Source: Octopus vulgaris
Lineage: Eukaryota
DNA: 64,000 nt
Reading direction: 5' to 3'
Assembly: GCA_951406725.2 (NCBI GenBank)
Contig: OX597823.1
Coordinates: forward strand, 84,816,001 to 84,880,000
Below are positions 29,281-43,092 of the stretch, piece after piece; within the stretch, counting starts at the first letter, position 1; the number at the start of each line of letters is the position of its first letter. Made by a program: the position numbers and the translations under genes. A model generated the notes under the pieces. It was given only the letters and a program-made list of their open reading frames with translations. It searched no databases and had not been told where the DNA came from.

Positions 29281-29878
29281 TCTAATACATGTTCATATTC
29301 AATATTATTGATTGATTGCCGACGATATATCAATAGGGTTCCCTCATTTCGTACTGTTTATCTTATTAAATATTAATCCCCGATTTATATTTCATGTGTA
29401 GCCATGCCCACAGACGTCAATACAACACCTGTTACTAGCAAAAGCATGAGGGAACAAATGCGTAGACGCTTGACCTGATAGAAAAAGTAACCCAATCCCC
29501 TTCCAACCACACTTATAGAATCTACAGTAACAGAGAATGGCGTAGTTAATTGAAATCTCTTGGATCATGGCTTTCGTTTCGCTCGTACGTATTAAAGCTT
29601 TCGAACTAACGAAGTTTTAAAGAGCAGGTTACTCTTGTTGATATCCGTAAGTCAGGCTAGCAAAATCAAATCTATAATATTGAATATGGACATGTCATTT
29701 ACGTACGCATGCGCAGGCGAACACACATGTATATACACACGCACACACTTATGTATTTGTGGATGTGTGATCACATGTCAATATGCGTATGCGTGTATGT
29801 ATATATATATGTGTGTGTGTATGTGTGTGTGTGCATGTGTGTGTGTGTATAATCATTTAAAATTCACATTTTACAAAA

Positions 29879-30045
29879 GAGCTTATAATAGTTTCATGCT
29901 TTAGAGATACGATAAATTGTCAGCTTTATACAATATGTTATGTATCTCCAAGCAATCTATCAGGGTCAGTCCTTGGAGATACATGGTCTGTTATATAAAT
30001 CTGCCAATTTATTGTATCTCTAAAGCGTGAAACAATTAGTAGCTC
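29879..30045. repeat. Imperfect fold-back inverted repeat
   Basis: gtttcatgctttagagatacgataaattg / caatttattgtatctctaaagcgtgaaac, with inner tgtatctccaag / cttggagataca. Confidence 0.8.
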
Positions 30046-30133
30046 ATTAATATATATTCAGTGCTTACTGATTAATATTTATCTTTCACCAAATGGAGTA
30101 CCTTTTTGTTGATCCTACCATCATGGAACAGTG

Positions 30134-30180
<47 letters not shown>

Positions 30181-30191
<11 letters not shown>

Positions 30192-30608
30192 ATTTAGGAA
30201 TGGTCATTTTGCCAGTTTAGCCAATAAAAACACACGCACTATATATTTGGTGTTACTTTGCTTCAGCGTTATTTATTTTTTACATTAATCTTAATCTTAT
30301 TTCGGCCAGAGTTCTTTCGTCACACCCCTGTGACCGCATCAGTGGTCCTTTGCTTTCTTCTTTCTTATTTGTGTGTCTCTCCTTACTAACCGTCAGCCAT
30401 TTAAGAAAGAAATCACACAAATAAGAAAGAAGAAAGCAAAGGACCACTGATGCGGTCACAGGAGTGTGACGAAAGAACTCTGGCCAAAATAAGATTAAGA
30501 TTAATGTAAAAAATAAATAACGCTGAAGCAAAGTAACACCAAATATATAGTGTGTGTGTTTTTATTGGCTAAACTGGCAAAATGACCATTCCGAAATATA
30601 ACAATATA
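30181..30608. repeat. Long fold-back palindrome (~195 bp arms) abutting (TA)n
   Basis: ggaatggtcattttgccagtttagccaataaaaacacac... is reverse complementary to ...gtgtgtttttattggctaaactggcaaaatgaccattcc; few mismatches. Confidence 0.95.
30441..30485 (+). ncRNA. Minimal hammerhead-like motif with variant core (mirror at 30304-30348, minus strand)
   Basis: ggacca-CUGAUGC-g-gtcaca ggag tgtgac-GAAA-gaac-UC-tggcc; A9 replaced by C. Confidence 0.55.
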
Positions 30609-30674
30609 TGTTTCAACACACGATTTCACATCAAAAATCTTGCGAAACAAATATATATATATAAATATAAAAGT

Positions 30675-30965
30675 AAAAAGTTTTGAATGGTACAGACAAT
30701 GGGCTATATACCTGTTGTAATTTAGTCATCCATAATCTTATATGATATTTCGGAATCATATTCCTCCTTTAGAAATTCTTAGAAGGAGTCGCTGCTATAA
30801 TCGGTTTTCTAATGGCTTTATAGCAGTGACTTCATCTAAGAATATCTGAAGAAGGAATATTATTCCGAAATATCATATCAGATTATGGATGACTAAATTA
30901 CAACAGGTGAATAGTCCATTGTCTGTATTATAGAGCATTGTTGTACCATTCAAAACTTTTTATTC
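30675..30965. repeat. Fold-back inverted repeat carrying a hammerhead-like motif at about 30840-30885
   Basis: cctgttgtaatttagtcatccataatct / agattatggatgactaaattacaacagg; CUGAAGA-a-ggaat att attcc-GAAA-tatcata-UC. Confidence 0.85.
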
Positions 30966-31119
30966 TTTACAAACAATACAAAATGCTTCAAGCGAACTAC
31001 AATACTCTCAATTCTTTAAAATATTTCAGCTCCAAAGCTGTCGTATTGCTGGAGCACCACTGTTGACTGAGTTACACCATTATTTGAAACACCCTCTAAT
31101 ATGTGGCATTTGATCAATG

Positions 31120-31760
31120 AAGGAGTTTGATGCCACTCCTCTGTGTTTCCTGCTGTGAGGTAAGCTCGTCTGGAACCCTTCACAGGAAGAGATCGAGTTT
31201 TTTCTTAAAGACACTTACATCCACACCATGCAGGTCTCTCAGGCATTTTGGAAGGATATTAAAGAGATGTGGGGTCTTGCAGCCTAAGCTGTTGCAGTAT
31301 GTGTTCTTATATTTTGATGGCGATGCTGAGACATTTGGCACTATGCAGTGGCACCCTGTTCTGCTGTTTGAGTAACTTACAATACCAAAGTTTGGAACAA
31401 GGCTTTGCAGAATTTTCCAGATCTATATCACTGCATATCTCTCTCCCGCTTTCGTTCTAAGGAAAAGAGTTGTAATTTTTTCAGTCATTCCTAATGGGTG
31501 ATACATTACATTGAGACGATTTTTGTAGTGTAGCTTCGTTGGATTGCTTCGAGTTCCGCCGTGAATTTTATATTGTATGGTGACCATAGCTGGGAGCAGT
31601 AGTCCAAGCGGCTGAGAGCGTATGTCCTCTAAAGGATCGTCATTGTCTCCCTTTCTCGTGTTTTGAAAGTTCGGAGGATCCATCCAGCTAACCATTTGCA
31701 TTTTATTACCAAATTAGTAATATGCACTTGGAAAGATGCATCAGGTCACGCAATGATTTT
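31120..31760 (-). mobile_element. CR1-type LINE, ORF2 C-terminal fragment, decayed
   Basis: Hand translation across frameshifts: LDYCSQLWSPY..ELEAIQR..LKKLQLFSLERRRERYAVI..WKIL..HCIVP..YCNSLG..LFNILPKCLRDLHGVDVSVFKKKLDLFL. Confidence 0.8.
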
Positions 31761-31785
31761 GATTCAGCGATTTCAATTCACACAC

Positions 31786-31849
<64 letters not shown>

Positions 31850-31859
31850 GTGATATATA

Positions 31860-32975
<1,116 letters not shown>

Positions 32976-33313
32976 TTTGCTTTCAAGATATTAGGTTGCT
33001 TCTCTTCTTCAATTCTATGGAAATCGGCAACGTGGAACTCAGAATAATGAGTTAAAATTCCACTGCTTATCATTGCGTATATACATACATGCACAAGTAT
33101 ACACGTAAACGCATAACACACACACACATATGTATATACACGTGTACACGTAGACATATTTATATAAACGAATACAGATATATATGTGCATATGCTTAGA
33201 CGTGTGTGCGTGTGTGCGTGTAAGTGTATATACATGTATGCACACACAGATTCACACACACAGTCATATATATAATTCCATCATATAGCTCGACATATGT
33301 ATATGTATATGTA

Positions 33314-33680
<367 letters not shown>

Positions 33681-34183
33681 GGCACACAGACAGGAACAGA
33701 CATCGTTATATTTTTATGTAGGTTTACTTTAAAATATCAAAATACAATAAGAGTTTGTCTATTTGATAGATTGAGATGATGGAAGAATTAAGAGGTTACA
33801 AGAGCAATATAAAGTTGTCCTATGGATATTCTTGCAAACTTGGTTAAAATATTTGTGCCGTTCAAGTAGAAAGAATGCATTTATATTAAATGATTTAAGA
33901 AAAAAATAATAATAAAACGTAAAATCTCGCTTTGAAAAGCATTAGCATATTTAATCCAATCCAAACAAAATCCGAAAATGAAATCTTAGAAACAGGATTT
34001 ATTATCTGCATAATGTTCTTCACAGTTTTGTTTAAAGAATATTTTAAAGAAAGGAAAAGCATATATATATAAGAAAGGAAAAAAAAAAACAGGTATATGT
34101 GTCTGTCTCGGCGGTTTCCTTACAAGTTCTGGAAATATTTAAATGTTGTGAAAGAAACCTGCTTCTTTTTATTATTATTATTA

Positions 34184-34244
<61 letters not shown>

Positions 34245-34589
34245 GTTGTGTATTAATGCTTTTTATAGTTTGTGGCGGTGAAGCAAGTTTGTATTTACGT
34301 GTGTTTTTAACTTTAATTTTTCGCTATGTTTATGCAATGTTATTGAAACACCTTTGTCATATAAGCAACTTTTGTTTTACTTCCGGTCTTAAATACTTGC
34401 TGTTGCGTTGGATTATATTCTTGACGATGACATTAGTGATGATGATGATGATGAGGAGGAGGAGGAGGAGGAGGATTTTCTTTCTGTCATCGTTATCGTG
34501 TTAAAATTCTAGGCGCTCTCCTTAAAGACGCTGTTGCTGTTGTTGTTGTTGTTCAAGGGTCATAGGTTTTAGTTGTTGTTGGCAATCGT

Positions 34590-35009
34590 CATGATGAGGA
34601 TGATGATGATAATGATGATGATGATGATGATAATGATGAGGATGAAGGTGATGATTAACGAGACTGAAGTTGCTCAGTCAGTGATGGCGCTGTTAGCGAT
34701 GATCCAATTCGCAATGGTGGTGATGGCGAAAAAAAAAAACAGCGGCGAACGTTACAAACATAATGAAAATGATGATGGGGTGGAGGGAAAGAGCGGATGA
34801 TGAGATGATGAGATGATGATGAAGATGACGGTGGTAAAGACGATGTTAATAGTCGTGGTGACGGTGATGACGTTGATGAAGATAAGGATGTTGTTGGTGA
34901 TGATAACGATGACAATCATGATGGTGGTCGTAGTGGTGATGGCAGTAATGATGAAGATGATGAAAATGATGCGAATGATGATGATTATGAAATGATGAAC
35001 TTGATGAAA

Positions 35010-35057
<48 letters not shown>

Positions 35058-35445
35058 TTGATGGTGGTGGTGATGATGATGATGTTGATGATGATGATGA
35101 TGATATGGACGAGTAGATGAAGATGAAGATAATGAGACTGTTGATGATAATGATAATGGTGACGATGACGATGATGATGACGATGAGACGATGATTATAA
35201 TGATGATGCTGATGATGATGATGATTATCGTTGTGGTCATGGTGGCGATGATGATGATGATGATGATGACGAGGAGGATTAATGGTGATGATGGTGATGA
35301 TAAAGATGATGATAATGATGTTGCTGATGATGATGACAACGACGACAACGATGACAACATCGATGATGATGATGATGATGATGACGACGACGACGACGAC
35401 GATGATGATGATGATGATGATGACGACGACGACGATGATGATGAT
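34590..35445. repeat. Degenerate (GAT)n/(GAC)n field
   Basis: Direct reading. Confidence 0.9.
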
Positions 35446-35819
35446 GGTTCCTAACAGTCAACAAAAGATGCATTTCGGCAACAGCTTCTTCACTCGAGGT
35501 TCGCATCATATTAGCATTAGGAAATGGACTCTTCAGTTTTATTGGTGACTTATCACCCACAACCGCACCAGACACAAAACCAACACAACAACGAAAAAAA
35601 ACAAACAAAAATGGAAATGAAAAAGTAAATTTGTAAAAAAGAAGAAAAGAGAAAAAGGAGAAGTGACAAGGAGGAGAAAGAAGAAAAAGGTAAAAGAAAC
35701 GCTGCTGCTTGAACTTGTTTTACCACTAAAGGATATTTTTACGATTTTACGAACATGAAAACATTTTCCATGCATACTCGTGTCTGTATATACATATATA
35801 CATACATGCATACATACAT

Positions 35820-35892
<73 letters not shown>

Positions 35893-36036
35893 TATATATA
35901 TATGTATATAAATATACATATATATACATACATATATACATATATCAATATATACATATATATTTATACATATATATGCATACGTACTGATCTGATATAT
36001 TTATATATATATATATATACATAACGATGTATACAC

Positions 36037-36086
<50 letters not shown>

Positions 36087-36516
36087 TAGACATATATGCA
36101 TACATATATATATACACATGTATATGCTATACATATATCGACAGGTTTCACTAAAGGTTCTGCAAATATTTAAGTGTTTCTTCTCTGAAATTTCCGGGAT
36201 CACTCAAAGGTTGAGATTAAAAACCTACAGTTGTCAAGAATTAAGCATGTTTTTCTATACTTTTTCTTCTTCTTATATTAACATTGGTAAGAATGATACC
36301 AAGAGGGAAAAAATAAACAAAGTTTTTGTTGTTGTTTATTTATTTATTCATTTTTCAGTTTCTGAAGCTTCAAACTTGTCTTGCAGAAAATCTTATTTTA
36401 CCTTATTTTTCTTGAGCTTCTTACAGAATATATTATTTTAAATGTTGTTTTAGCCATTTTTTTTTTTACCTAATAGTATTTAAATTATTTAGATTTTACA
36501 TACACACACACAAAGA

Positions 36517-36572
<56 letters not shown>

Positions 36573-36611
36573 TATAAATACATTTATGTTTATATTAATA
36601 GTTTTATAACA

Positions 36612-36642
<31 letters not shown>

Positions 36643-36749
36643 AACATTTATACATATATATATATGAAAGTATAAATAGGGAATCCTTGATAATGTAATA
36701 TGTACGTGTGTATATAACTATATATCTATATATATGTATATATAATCAT

Positions 36750-36794
<45 letters not shown>

Positions 36795-37750
36795 AATATA
36801 TATATATATATACAGATATATATATATATGTGCATATATGTGCATATATATTATATATACATTTATGCATGTATATATAGACATACATAAACACACAAGC
36901 AAACTCTCTCTATCTCTCTCAGACACACACACACACACACACATACACACACACATACACACACACAGATATATATATATTATTTAGTTCTCAAAAAGTT
37001 TTTGGTAAAGTTTACAGGGGAAAAAATAACATTATAATTTACAAAAGTGTCGCAAAATTTAATAAAAGTATACATTATATTTTTTAAAAATAGAACTTAT
37101 ATCACGGTTTAATGCGAAATATACTGAAGAAGATAAAAATCCGTTGAAATTGTTTTCACAAATAATAAAAATATTTCATGTGATTTAATAATAAATAGAT
37201 TTAACTGTTTAATGTTCATATTGCATGTTGGGTAAATAATATGGCATAGTGGGGATGTGGTGGGTGGGGACACTTCTCTCTCTTCTGTCAGTAAAATTAT
37301 TTTATTCAGAAGTTCTGCAGTTGTCTTTTACACACAGTAAAGAAAATTATAGTATGTAATATGATTGGCAGAAGATCATACATTAAACGGACGCCATTAT
37401 TTGACAGATATATATTATCAATCTCCGAGCAGTAAGCGGCAATATCGACTATATGCCTTGCTATTATGCAAAACTGTCGTAAGTCCAAAAATATGTTACA
37501 TTTTCAGAAAACGGAACAATAGCTTCACTATTCCATAGCAAAACTGTTGTACAACACTTTGGCAATTTTTGATATCTTGGCATCTGAAGCAGCTGGAGAT
37601 ACGATAGTTTGATCAAAAGAACCGGCTACTGCAAGCAATGATAAATACTGACAAAAAAAAAAAGAAAAAAGCATTTGTCCAAATTTGGATATGCGACAGT
37701 TATTCATAACAACGATATCAGTTTTATCTGAAGGAATAAATGGGCATAAT

Positions 37751-38157
37751 AGGCGCAGGAGTGGCTGTGTGGTAAGTAGCTTGTTTACCAAGCACATGGT
37801 TCCGGGTTCAGTCCCACTGCGTGGCACCTTGGGCAAGTGTCTTCTCGGGCCGACCAAAGCCTTGTGAGTGGATTTGGTAGACGGAAACTGAAAGAAGCCC
37901 GTCGTATATATGTATATATATATATATGTGTGTGCGTGTTTGTGTGTCTGTATTTGTCCCACTAGCATTGCTTGACAACCGATGCTGGTGTGTTTATGTC
38001 CACGTCACTTAGCGGTTCGGCAAAACAGACCGATAGAATAAGTACTGGGCTTACATGGAATAAGTCCCGGGGTCGAGTTGCTCGATTAAAGGCGGTGCTC
38101 CAGCATGGCCGCAGTCAAATGACTGAAACAAGTAAAAGAGTAAAGAGTAAAGAGTAT
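37751..38157 (+). mobile_element. SINE family B, best-preserved near full-length copy
   Basis: tRNA-like head (tggctgtgtggtaag; gggttcagtccc), CORE-like ccttgggcaagtgtc block, internal (TA)n(TG)n, (GAGTAAA)n tail. Confidence 0.92.
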
Positions 38158-38319
38158 TATTAAAAATGCTTACATCACGGCGGTTTCGTTCCAAATTATA
38201 CAGTGATAAATGAATCCGTGATAAGTAGATCTGAATGTAGTCTGGAAATGGAGCTAATTGTAGACTTATTGACGCTAAACGAGTTGTCCTGAGCAACGAA
38301 GTTTGGGCCGTTGCGTATT

Positions 38320-38530
38320 TTATCTTTTATCTTTTGTCCTTTTACCCATTTCAGTCATTAGACAACGGCCATACTGGAGCACCGCCTTGAATTCAAACGG
38401 ATCGCCCCCAGTCCTTCTTTTATCTTCAAGCCTGGTGCTTACTCTATCAGACTCTTATGTCAAACCCCTCAGATACGGGGAGGTAAGCACAGCAACACCG
38501 GTTGTCAAACGATGGTGGAGGACAAACACA

Positions 38531-38582
<52 letters not shown>

Positions 38583-38920
38583 TACACAACACACACATAT
38601 ATAAGCTTTTAGTTGTTGTTTCAGGCATTAGACAACGGCCATGCTGGGGCACAACCATGAAGTGATTCAGTCGAAGAAATCGATCCCAGTACATACTTCT
38701 TAAGCCTGGCCCTTATTTTGTCAGTCGCTTTTGCTGAACTGCAATGTTACAGTGATGGAAACAAACCAACACCGGCAGTCAAGTGGTTGTGGGGAATCAG
38801 CTTCTTTGTATTTCCATCTTTCAAATCTACTCACAAGGTCCTCGTCAACTCGGAGCTAAAGCAGGAGAAAGTTGCCCAGTATGCCATGCAGTAGCTTGAA
38901 CCCGGAACCATGCGCATTAT
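38320..38920 (-). mobile_element. Two partial SINE family B copies
   Basis: ttcagtcattagacaacggccatactggagcaccgcc block at about 38350 and 38620. Confidence 0.7.
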
Positions 38921-39006
38921 CACCCACGGTATGGTGTCATTTAAGACCAATATATATGTATCAATACTTTACCACCGCGTCCAGAATCAGAATATAGAAA
39001 GAACTA

Positions 39007-40286
39007 TTGGGTTGGCAACTAAGTTCCCGCCAGTTTTTAAAATTAAAATTTTTTAAAAGGTTTAATAAAAAAAATAACAACTAATTAATCAATAATGTAT
39101 TCACCCTTGTTGTTTACAACTTCTTCCCAACTTTCGACAAGGTTTTCAATACCCCGTTGGTAGAAATCACTCGATTTTGACTCGAAAAATTTATTCAAGC
39201 AAGCTCGAAATTCTGCATCAGTATTGAACAAAACTCCGCGCATAGCATTTGAAATAGATCGAAAGAGGGAGAAATCTGTTGGTGTCAAATCAGGAGAGCA
39301 CGGCAGGTGTGGCAGCACTTCCCAGTCATGCGTTTGAATAGCTTCCTTGGTCATAATGGCGATATGAGCGCGGGCGTTGTCGTGTAGCAGAACTCCATGC
39401 TGCTGATTAGGTCTTTTCTCTTGAATAGCCGTGTTGAATCGTTCCATCTGTTGAACATAGAGTTCCGCGTTGACCATTTGGTTCCGTTCAAGCAATTCGT
39501 AATGGATAAAGCCTTCTCAGTCCCACCATACGCACAACATCGTTTTACGCGGATGAAGATCTTGTTTCACGCGCGGTGTCGCTTGCTTAACGGGACCAAG
39601 CCATTCCTTACGCTGCTTCATATTGATGTACATACACCATTTTTCGTCGCCAGTAACGATTCGGTAAAGAAATCGTTGCTTGTGTCCATGTGTTGAGCGG
39701 TGACGAGGAAGCAAACCAGCGGAGATTAGGGCTCGTTGTTGTTGTAACTTAAAGCATGCGGAACTCATGCTCCATACTTCTGAAACTTTCCCATCGAGTG
39801 AAGATGCTTCTCTATAGCAGTGTGGGATCATTCCATTTTCTCTGCCAGTTCCCTTGTCATTTGACGAGAATTTTCGAACAAAAGTTGTTTTAATCGCTCT
39901 TCATTGAACTCAACTTGACGACCAGAACGAGGTGCGTCTTTGAGGTCAAAATTTCCATTTTTGAACTTGGCATACCAATCACAAGGGGTTCTTTCAGCTA
40001 TAGCACCGTCTCCATACACAGCACAAATATCGCGAGCAGCTTTTGCGGCCTTATAACCTTGATTAAAAGCAAAAAGAAGGAGATGTCGAAAATGCTCGTT
40101 TTTCGTAACTTGACATACTATTTTAATGATCTGAAAACAAACAAAAATTAACTAATAGTAACTAGATAAAAACAAAATAAGTTCCAAAATGATTCAAAAA
40201 TAGAAATCTCGAAAAAATGGATTCAAAAATTTAAAAACGCGATAAATTCAATTTTAGAAACAGTGGGAACTTAGTTGCCAACCCAA
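39007..40286 (-). mobile_element. Full-length mariner (Tc1/mariner, DD34D) DNA transposon
   Basis: TIRs ttgggttggcaactaagttccc / gggaacttagttgccaacccaa, TA on both sides, 1280 bp length. Confidence 0.95.
39085..40122 (-). pseudogene. Mariner transposase pseudogene
   Basis: Motifs across three ORF pieces: FKNGNFDLKDAPRSGR, GA*VPHAL (WVPHEL-like, stop), IVTGDEKW, LLHDNARAH, SPDLTPTDF with 34 residues between last two Asp; start codon lost, frameshifts. Confidence 0.93.
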
Positions 40287-40349
40287 TAGAATTCCATCGC
40301 ATAATAGTATTTTAATTATTTTATCTTCAACCAATATTTTTCTTCATAA

Positions 40350-40565
40350 AGTGGCGAGCTGGCAAAAACGTTAGCACGTCGGGCGAAATGCTTAGCGTTA
40401 TTTCGTCTGTTTTTACGCTTTAAGTTCAAATTCCGCCGAGGTCGACTTTGCCTTTCATCCTTTCTGGGTTGACAAATTAAGTACCAGTTGCGTGCTGGGG
40501 CTGATCTAATTGAATACCCCCCTCACCTAATATTTCGGGCCTTATTCTTAGAGTAGAAAAGAATA
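40350..40565 (+). mobile_element. SINE family A
   Basis: ggcgagctggcaaaaacgttagcacg...agttcaaattccgccgaggtcgactttgcctttcatcc. Confidence 0.9.
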
Positions 40566-40589
40566 TGTCTTTAATATGATGCTTTCAAA

Positions 40590-40898
40590 TGTTTGCACAG
40601 GACCAGCCGTATTTTTGGTTTAGAGTAAGTCGATTACATCGACCTCACTACTTAACTGGTACTTCCTTGATCGACCCCGAAGAATAAAAGGCAAAGTCGA
40701 CCTCGCCGGAATTTGAACGCAGAACTTAGGCGTGCTGAAGATATCTATTTCTTTACTACCCACAGAGGGGACAAACAAGGACAGACAAACGGATTAAGTC
40801 GATTACATCGACTCCAGTGCGTAACTGGTACTTATTTAATCGACCCCGAAAAGATGAAAGGCAAAGTAAACCTCGGCGGAATTTGAACGCAGAACGTA
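40590..40898 (-). mobile_element. Two SINE family A partial copies, inverted relative to 40350-40565
   Basis: gtcgattacatcgac...aactggtactt...atcgaccccgaa...aaggcaaagt..acctc..cggaatttgaac twice. Confidence 0.85.
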
Positions 40899-40959
40899 AA
40901 ATCGTTGGCATACTCTAATTTGACGGAACTCTCTTAAGTCTCTTTGGGGAAAGAAAAGG

Positions 40960-41870
40960 TTATTGAAAGGAGGGTGGTTTCGAATGAGATCTAGCGGTGG
41001 GTAACTTCACGGTAAGATTTCCTTCTTCAAGCTACCTAAGTTGTTCTGCTATTTCATGGAATCTGTTGAGATGGATAACAGTGAATGGTGGCTAATGTTG
41101 ATGCGGAAAAGTTGGCGCACTAAAACTAGTTTGGAAAAGTTTACATGGAGGCACAATAAGGTGTTCAAAATTCTCTATGTTCTACCAAGAAGTAGATGGT
41201 AGCTATCAATGATGACAAGAAACAGTAGACGAATGGCAGTAAAAGGTTTATTATGTTTGTCCATCAAGATCAAGATGACTTCTCGAAACAGAAAAATCTG
41301 AGTGACGAGAACTGGGACGGAATATTGTCGGTAGGAGAAGATTTTGTAGGATGTGAACGGATTTTTCCAATACTAAGAAGCCGGATATGACAATTTGATG
41401 AGAGGAACATAAGATACACCTTGTTGGATTAACTGCTTAGGAAAGACGAACGATGTGAAGCGGTACTGGAAGACTACAAATGGTGATTGGAGTGCAGTTC
41501 ACTTTCTAGTAGAAGTTGGAAGTTTGAATGTAGGGCTTTTATTGGGACCAGGCTGAGACAGTGACTGCTGTCAATTGGAATCGAAAATCGGCAAGCAAAA
41601 CCGATCTTAAAGGAGATCCAGGCTACAGTTGAGAGAGCTAGCCATTAGATATGACTGAAAAGGAAAGATGGAACGTGGCTGGAGAGGTTATGATACTGAA
41701 ACGGACTTGAGGTCGAATACTAATCAGTCGAAACAGTTGATGGGGCCTCACATCAGTGAGCTGGGTTCGGTTAACTGTAAAGCCGTCAAGAGGAAGGTTT
41801 CGTGACGGTAAGCAATCTTTCCTGATGATTTCTGAAACGTACTAGCATCAGGGATGCACTATTTTCCACT
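40960..41870 (-). mobile_element. Possible highly decayed LINE relic
   Basis: Non-repetitive sequence with only weak resemblance to CR1/jockey ORF2 C-terminal motifs (EHLIVPP...HQH..PFTV); no intact frame. Confidence 0.3.
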
Positions 41871-41918
41871 CACTGCACTTTTACTATAAACTTGTTGCCA
41901 ATTTTCTTTTAAGCTAAA

Positions 41919-42307
41919 CTAGCAGTATCGCCCGGCGTTACTCGGGTTTGTTTCGACCCTTTAGAATTGGAATTTTTGAAAAGTAAAAATTTTGCATTAT
42001 GTAGCTTGTTATTCTCTTTAAGTGAACATTTTTCTGGTTGAAATACATCGAAAACTGGCGACACAGCAGTCAAAAAATTGTAAAAGTAAGGATTTTCATA
42101 GAAAAAAAGCACCTTTTTGATGTAAATAATTTTTGGTGTTAACATGGTCCGATGTGAATTTTATCTTCTACGGAAGGAAGAGCAAACTTTCTTCTATCAT
42201 ACTTTCAATTTTGGTCAACTTGTGCCGCAGGGTCTCGGAGAAGATAGTGTTAGTTGAAGGCTACCAAACCTGCCGTACACAGACAACTTCAGCTTTATAT
42301 AGAGAGA
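41919..42307 (-). mobile_element. Non-autonomous Helitron-type element
   Basis: Minus strand begins TC and ends CTAG, between host A and T, no TSD; subterminal GC hairpin cccggcgttactcggg about 10 bp from the CTAG end. Confidence 0.75.
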
Positions 42308-42827
42308 TTTATCAGTCATGGTTCGAAAACTGACAGCGGTACCCTTCAGTTCCTGTTTTTCTAATCGGTACCATACATCTGCCGTTTTTACAACTAGGAA
42401 TCACTCCCAGAATTTATAAGAGCCATTCGGTAGAGAAGAATATGTTGGAAGGCGTTCGAAAGCCAGCTTTTGCAGAGCAGCCGTTACAGACATTTCACAA
42501 CAGCTCTGCTGAGAATTCTTACAAGTCAGCATTAGTATCTACGACGAAGACGACGACGACGACCACCACCACCACCAACACCACCACCACCACCACCACG
42601 ACTATCCCTATCATCATATCAACGCCACCATCCACTACCACTACAACTGTTAGAGACACTCCACCAACATCGCCGTCGCTACTACCAAACCGCTGTCACC
42701 ACCAATGCTAAACCTACCATCACCACACCCACCATCACTACTACTACTACTACTGTGAGCATCGTCATCAACACCCATCACTACAAGTTTTAGTACTATT
42801 ACCGCAACAACCAGTACCACCGTCGCT

Positions 42828-43092
42828 CTCGCTGCCGCCGCCACCGCCGCTGCCGCCGCCACCGCCGCTGCCGCCGCCACCGCCACTGCCGCCGCCACCG
42901 CCACTGCCGCCGCCACCGCCACTGCCGCCGCCACCGCCACCGCCGCCGCCACCGCCACTGCCGCCGCCACCGCCACTGCCGCCGCCACCGCCACTGCCGC
43001 CGCCACCGCCACTGCCGCCGCCACCGCCACTGCCGCCGCCACCGCCACCGCCGCCGCCACCGCCACTGCCGCCGCCACCACCACTGCCGCCG
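42828..43092. repeat. GC-rich 18 bp minisatellite (gccaccgccactgccgcc)n within a CAC/GCC/AAC trinucleotide field spanning about 42540-43945
   Basis: Direct reading; about 14 near-identical units. Confidence 0.9.

Noticed and set aside
28638-29285. 215 aa acidic/His/Thr-rich ORF resembling a transcription-factor low-complexity region
   Set aside because: Made of trinucleotide runs like others nearby; non-ATG start; no folded domain
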